From Promethearchaeum syntrophicum (lineage in GTDB: Archaea; Asgardarchaeota; Lokiarchaeia; Sigyniarchaeales; Promethearchaeaceae), in contig NZ_CP042905.2 of assembly GCF_008000775.2 (NCBI RefSeq), forward strand, positions 2,970,001-3,002,000: 32,000 nucleotides of DNA. Reading direction: 5' to 3'. The translations under genes were made by a program, and so were the position numbers. This document shows, piece by piece, positions 17,413-25,367 of this stretch (position 1 is its first letter; every line of letters begins with the position of its first letter). The notes below the pieces were generated by a model. That model was not told where the DNA came from. It saw only the letters and a program-made list of their open reading frames with translations, and did not search any database.

Positions 17413-19989
17413 CTAAACCCTCGATATAATATTACTTACAATTTTAGGAAAGTTTTTCCAATTATCAACAGGAATTAATTGAGCATTTATAGATTCGACT
17501 ATTTGCTGAATATTACCCATTCCATACATAGTTTTAGGGACAATTAAGATGCTTGTAGCATTTTCATTCACGATATTTTCTAAATGTTTTTTTGATCTTT
17601 GAAAATCTCCTAAATAGGCATCTGTAACTAATATAAACATTTTATCTTGACTTTTTGATAGTTTAAATTGATTTTCGGCCCATTCAACAGCAGATTGCAT
17701 TTGAGTTCCACCACGAGCGTGTAAATCGAGTATTTCATCAACAATTTCATCCAAAACAATATCTTCATTAATTTCACATAAAATATGAGAAGAACTTTCA
17801 AACAAAGCAACCCCCAATTCATCCCTCGCAAAAACCATTAAAAGCATAACAGTTACAATGGAAGCACTAGCCAATGGAGCTCCAGTCATTGAACCACTGA
17901 TATCTAAAAGAAAAATAACACATCTTCTTCCAGAAATCTCTTCTCTTACAATAAAATCATCCAATTTTACATCTTCGATTTTTTTTCCAGAACTTAGCAA
18001 GTTATCTATAGTTTCATCTATATCTATAGCCCAAGGATCATCACCAAGAAAAAATGGTCGAGTTGTGCCTTCTGGCAAGATTCCAGCTTCAGAAGATCCG
18101 ATTAGAAGAGCTGCTTTTGTCTTAGCTAAATCAATAATAATTTCCTTGGCGCGATCTTTAACAGTTTGTCTAAGCCATTTTGGTAATTTATGTCCATGTT
18201 TAAACCATTGATTGAGAAAATTCTCCCCTCCTCCAGCGCCAATAGCTTTTCTAAAAAGATCTTCCTCTTCGGGAGTATGGCGAATGATTTTTGATACTTG
18301 ACTTAAATCCCGCATTGCTAAAGCGCCCAATGCACCTACACTCTTTTTTTTAATAGACATACTGATTAAGGTTTGTGATTGGGATTGAGTTAACGAATTT
18401 TTTCTTAGTATACTGTTTACACGTTCAAAACTGGGATTCTCAGTAGAAATCATATTTTTAAGATATTCAAATACGTCTCCAAGTAATTTAGCAATTTCTG
18501 CTTTATCCATTCCTAAACTATCCCCTTTCTCAAAAATTTTTGATATTTCAAGATCATAATTGTTTTCTTGCGCAAATTCAATAGATTTTGCTAAATCATC
18601 TGGAGTTTGAGAAGTTTCGATCATATTTTTTATTTCTTCTTGGTTAAAATTTCTAAAAGTTTGATTTAAATGAGAATTTCCAACTTTCTTCTTAATATTT
18701 TCTAATTTTTCAAATAGGTCATTGTGATCACCCCAATTTAAATTCTTATCAGCTAAATAATTTGAAACTTTATTTCTGAATAAATCAAGCCATTCAGCAT
18801 TTGATATTGGGTTGTCAATTACTTCATTCAAAGGTGTTTTTTTAAAATCTTTAGAATATTTATTATAAATTCGATTGGAGAGATTTGAATTGAAAATATC
18901 ATCTAAATCTTTAGCTTTCTGCAATAAATCAAGTGGAGAATTATATTCATGAGAGTTTTCAATAAATGAATCTAATTGATCATAATTTAACGTATCTTTA
19001 AATAAATTAGGAGAAAAAAGAATATCTTCTAAATTTGTTGCCTCTTCTTTAAATCTATTTTCAGCATAATTTATCATACTATCCAAACGTGGGGCATGAT
19101 CTGATATCGAGATATTATTTTGGTTTAAAATATTTTTGAAATTATTAAAAATTTCTAAAGAATTTTGTAATTCTCTTGATGATAATTCATCTATTATTTT
19201 GGAAGATTTAGAAGATATCTCATGTTTATGATTTTTTAAAGAGTCTTCTAACATTTCTGCTAAATTTTGAATATTTTTTTCACGGCTCAAGTTCTTTACT
19301 TCAGATGTTAACGAAAGAATGTGACTTCTAACAAGGTCCTCATTATCTATAAAGGGGACTTTTTGAAGCATCAGCTTTTTTGCAAAATCCATTATTCCAC
19401 CCCAATTATCAAGTTTATTTTGTCTAAGACCTTGACTACCACCAATTGTATCATAAGCAATTCGTTTCTTTAAAATGTCTAAACTTTCATTGTTTGTGAG
19501 TGAGATATAATCTTGAGGATCAGATGCAAAAATTTCATTTTCTATTTGCTCTACAAAACGAAGGCTTTCCAACCCTTTACTTGAATCTACAGACCTTTGC
19601 AATGTTAGAAAACTTAAAATCTCATTTAAAATATCTTGTGCGCCAGTTAAATGTTTAGGAACAGTTTTAGAAGTAATCAAACTTGAATCTACAGTATCTC
19701 CTTGAAATAAATCCCTTTCATCACCGAGAAGGATTCTTATCGCAATAATTTCTGCAAATTTTTGAGCTTCTGGAGGGCTTGTGATGATTGCAAGTGTGAT
19801 TAAATCATTAGTATCTAGTGAAGATTTTGTGCGCAAGATCTTACATATTCCCATAGCGCATATAGCTTGGGATTGCCTTGAACTAAAAATACTTTTTTTT
19901 ATACCTGGAGATTCATTTATGCTTTCTCTAGCGACATTTATAAATTCAGATGCAAATTCAACTAATTCAAAGTGTCCCATTAAAATCAC
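17413..19989 (-). CDS. 858-aa protein: ~680-aa helical region plus C-terminal von Willebrand factor A domain
   Basis: The C-terminal vWA has a complete MIDAS: VIFLLDISGSMTG (DxSxS, D696 at 17902-17904), ARGGTQM (Thr) and ILVTDAY (Asp). The preceding PFFLGDDPWAIDIDETIDNLL...DDFIVREE resembles CoxE/YehP-type vWA leaders. The N-terminal ~680 aa are helical and N/K/E/L-rich, and I recognised no family. Confidence 0.75.
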   Translation of the reverse strand: MILMGHFELVEFASEFINVARESINESPGIKKSIFSSRQSQAICAMGICKILRTKSSLDTNDLITLAIITSPPEAQKFAEIIAIRILLGDERDLFQGDTVDSSLITSKTVPKHLTGAQDILNEILSFLTLQRSVDSSKGLESLRFVEQIENEIFASDPQDYISLTNNESLDILKKRIAYDTIGGSQGLRQNKLDNWGGIMDFAKKLMLQKVPFIDNEDLVRSHILSLTSEVKNLSREKNIQNLAEMLEDSLKNHKHEISSKSSKIIDELSSRELQNSLEIFNNFKNILNQNNISISDHAPRLDSMINYAENRFKEEATNLEDILFSPNLFKDTLNYDQLDSFIENSHEYNSPLDLLQKAKDLDDIFNSNLSNRIYNKYSKDFKKTPLNEVIDNPISNAEWLDLFRNKVSNYLADKNLNWGDHNDLFEKLENIKKKVGNSHLNQTFRNFNQEEIKNMIETSQTPDDLAKSIEFAQENNYDLEISKIFEKGDSLGMDKAEIAKLLGDVFEYLKNMISTENPSFERVNSILRKNSLTQSQSQTLISMSIKKKSVGALGALAMRDLSQVSKIIRHTPEEEDLFRKAIGAGGGENFLNQWFKHGHKLPKWLRQTVKDRAKEIIIDLAKTKAALLIGSSEAGILPEGTTRPFFLGDDPWAIDIDETIDNLLSSGKKIEDVKLDDFIVREEISGRRCVIFLLDISGSMTGAPLASASIVTVMLLMVFARDELGVALFESSSHILCEINEDIVLDEIVDEILDLHARGGTQMQSAVEWAENQFKLSKSQDKMFILVTDAYLGDFQRSKKHLENIVNENATSILIVPKTMYGMGNIQQIVESINAQLIPVDNWKNFPKIVSNIISRV

Positions 19990-20001
19990 ATTCGTAATTT
20001 A

Positions 20002-20973
20002 TTATTTTACAACTGTATTGATGATTTTCTTAACAATTTGTTCAGATTGGAATCCGGGTCGTGGTTTTAACCCTCCAATCAGCACAAGACCCGCAATTTT
20101 CTTAAATTCATTTATATCTAATTTCTTTTTAAGTTGTTTTTTTGCAGCTAGTTTTGTAATTGCTATAGCAGAACGAATTGAAGCAGGTCTTTCAATTTCT
20201 CGGCTCTTTCGTGTAGCATCGATTAAATTGTAGGTGAGATCTATATAATCTTTTGATAATTTAGTTTGAGGAATATTTGCATGAATAATTTCCATTTCAA
20301 CTGAACGTGAAGGATAATCTAATTTAATCCAAATTTTTATTCGATCTTTAAGAGCTTCTGATAAACGATGAGTTCCCGCCATATCTCCTGGATTAGCAGC
20401 ACACATTAAAAAAAAATCATCATGAGCTCTAATCCTACCTAATCGTGGTAACATAATACTTCGTTCTTCTAGAGGTTCCAAAAATGTATTTTGGGTGTAT
20501 TCTGTAGCGCGGTTTAATTCGTTTGCCAGAAATATTCCACCTGTTACCATCATTTCTGTCAAAGAACCTGGTAAAAATGATTCTTTAATGAAACCTCTTT
20601 TTAATGTTTCTCCAGGATCAAAAGCACCTACAAAATGACCAGGTTTTGTCGATTCATCTAATGTCATCCATTCAAAATTCTTCTTACGTGAAGAAGCAAA
20701 GGATCTTGCAAGAAGTGTTTTACCAGTTCCAGGAGGACCAATTAAAATTGGTGTTAATTGACATGCTTCAGCATCTTCTAATAATTCAAATGCTTGTTTA
20801 TACTGCCCTTTTTTTACTAATTCAATATCTGGTGTGTTGTCAAAAACAAAGGATTTCTCCATCAATTCGTAAAAATCACTTTTTTTTACTTTTTGATTTT
20901 CTTTACTAATTTTACTTGTAGTTTTCTTACTAATTTTCTTTGTAACTTTACTTTTTGTTTTTTTTGGAGGCAT
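20002..20973 (-). CDS. MoxR-like AAA+ ATPase with lysine-rich N-terminal tail
   Basis: Walker A LIGPPGTGKT. The Walker B region GGIFLANELNRATEYTQNTFLEPLEERS corresponds to the MoxR hhhDEINRA...LLEAMEE pattern but has Asn where the Asp is expected. CAANPGDMAGTHRLSEALKDRI is the MoxR sensor/Arg region. N-terminus MPPKKTKSKVTKKISKKTTSKISK. The stop lies 12 nt before the vWA gene start. Confidence 0.8.
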   Translation of the reverse strand: MPPKKTKSKVTKKISKKTTSKISKENQKVKKSDFYELMEKSFVFDNTPDIELVKKGQYKQAFELLEDAEACQLTPILIGPPGTGKTLLARSFASSRKKNFEWMTLDESTKPGHFVGAFDPGETLKRGFIKESFLPGSLTEMMVTGGIFLANELNRATEYTQNTFLEPLEERSIMLPRLGRIRAHDDFFLMCAANPGDMAGTHRLSEALKDRIKIWIKLDYPSRSVEMEIIHANIPQTKLSKDYIDLTYNLIDATRKSREIERPASIRSAIAITKLAAKKQLKKKLDINEFKKIAGLVLIGGLKPRPGFQSEQIVKKIINTVVK

Positions 20974-21232
20974 ATTTTGTCACTTATTAATATTTTTACC
21001 TTATATAAATTTAAACATATAGGGAATCCGATTTTCTAAAAATTATTTGGCTCCTATTAATGTTTTTTTGTAAATGGATGATTCTCAAAAATAATTCTGA
21101 ACTTTAAAAATTTGTTTTACGGAAGATCTTCAGAGATTTATAAATTAATGTTTGGATTTTTTTTTGAATAGCCTTGCTAACTATTGGATTCAATATATTT
21201 TAATATATCATTGATAGATATTTCTTTTATGA

Positions 21233-22006
21233 TTGAAATCTTTCAAGGTGTTTTTTTTGACTGATAATGCTATTTCTATTAAAAATCTTGTAAAAAATTT
21301 TGACGATGAAGTCACTGCTGTAGATAATTTAAATCTGGAAGTTAAAAAAGGAGAGACTTTTGGTTTTTTAGGACCCAATGGAGCGGGTAAAACCACTACA
21401 ATAAACATATTGTGTGGGCTTTTAAAACCAACAAGTGGAACCGTGTGTGTTGGAGGATATGATGTCACGAAGAATCTTAAAAAAGTTAAAGAGTTGATAG
21501 GTGTTTGCCCCCAGGAAGCAGCAGTTTTCAAATATCTAAGTGGTCGTGAAAATATCGAACTATTTGGTAACTTACACAAGATGTCTAAGAAGGATTTAAA
21601 AGAACGTGCTGATATGCTCATTGAAAAAATGAATTTAACAAAAGCCAGTAATAGAAAAGCAAAGGGTTACTCTGGGGGTATGATTAGAAGTTTGAATTTA
21701 ATTATTGCTCTGATTAATAGTCCAGACATTGCATTCTTGGACGAACCAACTGTAGGTCAAGATGCCAGAGCCAGACGTGAGACATGGAAATTTATTGGTG
21801 ACCTTAAAACACAAAATAAAACAACTATTTTAACCACACATTATATCGAAGAAGCAGAAGCTCTCAGTGATAGGGTAGGAATAATAGACTTTGGCAAATT
21901 AATAGCATTAGGAACTCCAAAAGAATTGAGGGAAAAATATAATGCAAAAAATTTAGAAGACGTATTTTTAAAAATAACAGGTCGTAGAATTTTGGAGGGA
22001 ATATAA
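21233..22006 (+). CDS. ABC transporter ATP-binding protein (ABC-2/DrrA-like)
   Basis: GPNGAGKTTT, Q-loop CPQE, signature YSGGMIRSLNL, Walker B IAFLDEPTVGQD, H-loop TTHY. There is no in-frame ATG at the 5' end. Candidate starts are TTG 21233, GTG 21248 and TTG 21257. Confidence 0.85.
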   Translation: MKSFKVFFLTDNAISIKNLVKNFDDEVTAVDNLNLEVKKGETFGFLGPNGAGKTTTINILCGLLKPTSGTVCVGGYDVTKNLKKVKELIGVCPQEAAVFKYLSGRENIELFGNLHKMSKKDLKERADMLIEKMNLTKASNRKAKGYSGGMIRSLNLIIALINSPDIAFLDEPTVGQDARARRETWKFIGDLKTQNKTTILTTHYIEEAEALSDRVGIIDFGKLIALGTPKELREKYNAKNLEDVFLKITGRRILEGI

Positions 22007-22007
22007 A

Positions 22008-22745
22008 ATGGATGCACAAAGAATTAGAGTTTTAGTAAAAAATAATATAATAAAACTTATCAGAACACCAGCTAATTTGTTCATGAACATTTTATTTCCA
22101 GCAGTCCTGACATTAGTATTTGGGATATCTTTTAACGATCCAGAAACGGGAATGACCATAAGTTTCACTACACCAGGACTTATATCTTATGCCATAATAT
22201 TCATTATTATGACTGTCGCCATGAGTTTTACAGAAGACAGGGAATCAGGCATACTTAAGAGAATCAACACAACTCAAACGACTTCAAGCGAATTTATGGG
22301 CTCACACATAATTAGCAACATGATTACTAGCTTTATTCAAGTAATAATTGTTGTGGGACTTGCACTTCTAATTGGATTTAGACCTACAGGAAATTTATGG
22401 AGTTATGTCTTAGTATTTATTATCATTGGTCTATTTGCTTTGATTGCTGTAGGATTGGGATTAATTGTAGCTACAATTGCTAAAAGTCCCGGAGCTGCAT
22501 CTGGGATTTCATTTATATTTATTCTACCAATGATGTTCTTTGGAACCTTCATGCCATTAAACTCCACAACTGAAATTATTGCAAAGTTTATGCCAAGTGC
22601 ATATGCCACTAATGCTTTAGAGGTTCTCTTTACGGGAGATAATTTAAATCCTGTAGTATTATCCGGAATTTTATTTTTGTCAATAACTAGCATTATTATA
22701 GTACTAATTGGTGTGTTGTTATTCAATAAATTAGGAAATAAATAA
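22008..22745 (+). CDS. ABC-2 type transporter permease
   Basis: Six hydrophobic segments and 245 aa. The start lies 1 nt after the ATPase stop, preceded by GGAGGG. Confidence 0.75.
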   Translation: MDAQRIRVLVKNNIIKLIRTPANLFMNILFPAVLTLVFGISFNDPETGMTISFTTPGLISYAIIFIIMTVAMSFTEDRESGILKRINTTQTTSSEFMGSHIISNMITSFIQVIIVVGLALLIGFRPTGNLWSYVLVFIIIGLFALIAVGLGLIVATIAKSPGAASGISFIFILPMMFFGTFMPLNSTTEIIAKFMPSAYATNALEVLFTGDNLNPVVLSGILFLSITSIIIVLIGVLLFNKLGNK

Positions 22746-22766
22746 TAAAAACAGTTCTTATACTTC

Positions 22767-22775
22767 TTTTTTTTT
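22767..22775 (+). terminator. poly-T terminator
   Basis: T9 about 20 nt after the permease stop. Confidence 0.4.
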
Positions 22776-22827
22776 GATATTTCTGCCAATTTCCCTTATT
22801 TATCAGACATTAGCACTGCTTGAGACT

Positions 22828-24345
22828 CTATTTTTTCTCTGCGTGTAAGTGATTCAGCTCATTAAAAGGAAAATTGAATTTCTTGAACGTTTCAGCAAAA
22901 TTAGAATAATTCTCGATGGATTTTTTTATTTCATTATATCCTCTAAATGAAGATAAATAGGAAGTAATTTCTTCGCCATGTATTATATCTGGGAGAAGAA
23001 ATTCTGAATGTATTGAAAATTTCTCTTCCCTTTCTTCTTTCGTACTTGGTACAACTATTGGAGAATTTTCTATATCTAAGTTGATTCTTTGAAATCCATT
23101 TTCTGATGCTCTGATTCCATAAATAAAATTATATTTTAGTTTAATATTGGGAAAATGTTCATTGAATTGATTCCATAATACATCCAAGCACCCATAACAA
23201 GGATTCTTCTCAGATAGAATAAATAATTCACCTCTTATTTCTGTTTTATCATTATGTTCTAAAAGTCCTAATTGATGTACAAAATTATTTAGAATTTTAA
23301 ATTCACTATGTTGACTATTAGTTTTTTTGTAATTTATTTTATCATCTTTGGGATGTAAAACTGTTTTGGGTATAAAAAATGGGGTTAATTCCTTTTCAAA
23401 ATGGATCGAAGATAACTCTGGGATATTTTTTTCGTCCATCGATTTTATGACTTTTTCAGGAACATTTCCTTTTTTATCTGTTTCAATATATTTTTCTGTT
23501 AGTTCTAGTTGAAATCTTGAATTGGAACTTTCAACATTCTTTCCATCAAAAATAACCATCGGACCTTTATCATTAAAAGAAATGATATATCCTTCTATCT
23601 CTTCTTGGTTGCCAATTTTGATTTTGTATATACCAAAGGCAAGATGTAATGTACTCCCTCTCATTCCCGTTTGTTTATTCCTCATTTGAGGAATTGTTTG
23701 TTTCCAATTCAGTACATTAACTTTATTAGATTTACTTCGATACAATTTTATTTCTTCATTCTTAATTTTATTGATGACTTGATATCCTTGATACCTAGAA
23801 ATGCTAGAACTAATTGATATATTTTCTATATTGAAAAAATCCTTTAGTTGGCCATCTTTATGAACGAGATCTTTGGGCATCGGTTTTGGATCATAAATAT
23901 GGATAATACATTTCGAGTTGAAATAGTTTGTCAAGTCTTTCGTATTATAATTCGTAGCTTTGCCTGTATAAAAGCAGCCAATTAACTTCAGCGAAACTCG
24001 GTCGTAAATATCAATTTTAATCATGGTACCAGGAGCTAAGTTAAATCTTTTGCGGCGTTGTTGTGCATTGAAGAACCTAAATAGATTATCCGGAAACTTT
24101 TTCCTCGCATTTTTCCGAATTTCACGAACCGTCTTTCTTGTGATTTGGATACATTTTTTTGGCTCAATCCCAGGAAATTTCGTGAAGTAGAATCCTTCGT
24201 TAAAAGAATATACTTCTGCTTTTTGACATGCGGATTTACTTAAATATTTGAAAAATTGTTCTTTTTCATCAATTAAGGGATTTCTTAGCAGAGCTATTCT
24301 GTTTTTATCGTGAATTTTTACCCAAGATTCTTCAAAGTTTGTCAT
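22828..24345 (-). CDS. orphan 505-aa protein with a C-terminal-half nucleotide/nucleic-acid deaminase-like signature
   Basis: H346-S-E348 (codon H346 at 23308-23310), then a helix-like FKILNNFVHQLG, then a strand-like GELFILSEKN, then P382-C-Y-G-C386 (C386 at 23188-23190). This gives HxE-x33-PCxxC with the expected secondary-structure context. The N-terminal ~330 aa match no family I recognise. Confidence 0.5.
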   Translation of the reverse strand: MTNFEESWVKIHDKNRIALLRNPLIDEKEQFFKYLSKSACQKAEVYSFNEGFYFTKFPGIEPKKCIQITRKTVREIRKNARKKFPDNLFRFFNAQQRRKRFNLAPGTMIKIDIYDRVSLKLIGCFYTGKATNYNTKDLTNYFNSKCIIHIYDPKPMPKDLVHKDGQLKDFFNIENISISSSISRYQGYQVINKIKNEEIKLYRSKSNKVNVLNWKQTIPQMRNKQTGMRGSTLHLAFGIYKIKIGNQEEIEGYIISFNDKGPMVIFDGKNVESSNSRFQLELTEKYIETDKKGNVPEKVIKSMDEKNIPELSSIHFEKELTPFFIPKTVLHPKDDKINYKKTNSQHSEFKILNNFVHQLGLLEHNDKTEIRGELFILSEKNPCYGCLDVLWNQFNEHFPNIKLKYNFIYGIRASENGFQRINLDIENSPIVVPSTKEEREEKFSIHSEFLLPDIIHGEEITSYLSSFRGYNEIKKSIENYSNFAETFKKFNFPFNELNHLHAEKK

Positions 24346-24564
24346 TAATTTCTATTCCAATAAGGACTAAAGGTTTTTTACAAAATGTAAAACCCATTGC
24401 TAAATGAATTCGTAGATTATTAAAGAATTTTTGGACAGTAATATGCATGAAATTTGGACTATGAGGGTGAGAAGGCTGTTCTTCTTCTCGTTCATTTCCA
24501 TTTTCCAATTACAACCTTAATCACTTTAACGAATAATTTAACGAGTTAAACGATTCTACCCAAT

Positions 24565-24578
24565 GAAAAGTCAGATTT
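24565..24578. repeat. direct repeat copy 1 (GAAAAGTCAGATTT)
   Basis: Exact 14-mer repeated 70 nt downstream. About 19 of 23 positions match when the alignment is extended. Confidence 0.7.
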
Positions 24579-24634
24579 CCATAAGGTGTATGCGGAAAAT
24601 TTACGCTTTACTAAGGGATAGTAATCCAACCAGG

Positions 24635-24648
24635 GAAAAGTCAGATTT
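24635..24648. repeat. direct repeat copy 2 (GAAAAGTCAGATTT)
   Basis: Exact copy of 24565-24578. The 70-nt offset is not a multiple of 3, so any signal is at the nucleotide level. Confidence 0.7.
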
Positions 24649-24862
24649 TTGGGAACTATAATTTCAGTTTTTTTTTCCAGTTTCATTGATTTTAGGAACA
24701 TTTATAATATAAAAAGATTAATTTTAATATGCTCGAATCAAATATGTATTTTTAATTGCATTTTAGAGTTTTGAATAACTAAAATTGAATTCTTAAAAAT
24801 ACAGCCCGTGTTTGATATTTTGAGTAATTTAATTAACATATAAATTAAACTGGTGAAAAAAA

Positions 24863-25225
24863 ATGGGATTTAAAATAAAACATCTTTTTATCATAAATAT
24901 TATCACATCCTTACTTTTTGGATTAGGATTTCTATTTATGACTGAAATACAGAACACTATGCTTGGTATTGAAGATAATCTTTTAGGATTTAAGTATTTT
25001 GGCCTTGCCCTTATTGGTAATGCCATTTTGTTATTCTTCTCAATAAATTCAGAGGATAATCCTGCTAGGAAAGCGATTTTAATTTATAATTCCTTTGGCG
25101 CTTCCCTTCTAGTAATATTGATGTTCGTAACTTTAGATTTAACGATTATAATGGTTTGGGTTTCTATAATTCTTCAAACTGTATTATGTTGCCTACATGC
25201 ATATTTCCTCTTCAAAAAAGAGTAA
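24863..25225 (+). CDS. small membrane protein (about 4 TM), unknown family
   Basis: Four hydrophobic segments. The TATA-like CATATAAATTA (24837-24847) lies about 20 nt before the ATG. Confidence 0.55.
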   Translation: MGFKIKHLFIINIITSLLFGLGFLFMTEIQNTMLGIEDNLLGFKYFGLALIGNAILLFFSINSEDNPARKAILIYNSFGASLLVILMFVTLDLTIIMVWVSIILQTVLCCLHAYFLFKKE

Positions 25226-25247
25226 AAACAGGGAAATTTGATATAAA

Positions 25248-25269
25248 TTTTTTTTTTCAAATTTTTTTT
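25248..25269 (+). terminator. poly-T terminator (T10 ... T8)
   Basis: T10 and T8 runs begin 23 nt after the stop of 24863-25225, in a convergent intergenic region. Confidence 0.4.
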
Positions 25270-25367
25270 AGATATGATCTAATTTATGTTATGATTTAAT
25301 TACAAAAATATTTTAATTTTAGTTAAAAATACTGAGAAAAAAAATTGGCCTTGTTATTTTTAACAAT

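Noticed and set aside
16828-20909. Plus-strand ORFs within the MoxR-vWA-SWIM operon (16828-17052, 17184-17378, 17858-18211, 19781-20233, 20604-20909) and minus-strand ORF 17628-17831
   Set aside because: All are antisense or out of frame relative to three long ORFs that carry clear domain motifs. They have no independent signals.
21122-21131. 10-bp perfect palindrome GAAGATCTTC in the MoxR/ABC divergent intergenic region
   Set aside because: Palindromes with 5-bp arms are expected many times by chance in 32 kb. There is no second copy and no adjacent regulator.
21208-21621. Minus-strand 137-aa ORF, and 21968-22168 (-)
   Set aside because: They are antisense to the ABC ATPase and permease genes.
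22403-22789. Minus-strand 128-aa ORF immediately downstream of the deaminase-like gene, considered as a possible immunity gene
   Set aside because: Almost all of it lies antisense to the ABC-2 permease. Its hydrophobic translation mirrors the permease TM segments. There is no promoter or RBS context.
24620-24640. TCCAACC.GGG resembling the tRNA-Gly anticodon arm, and GAGTTCGCGCACTCGGG at about 26000-26020 resembling the tRNA 3' end, considered as att-site repeats
   Set aside because: The matches are only about 7-10 nt, gapped or on the wrong strand. There is no integrase, so evidence for an integrated element is insufficient.
24551-24660. Possible C/D-box sRNA, because each 14-nt repeat contains CUGA on the minus strand
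   Set aside because: There is no RUGAUGA C-box on either strand within a suitable distance, and the 70-nt spacing of the CUGA elements does not fit the C/D'/C'/D layout.
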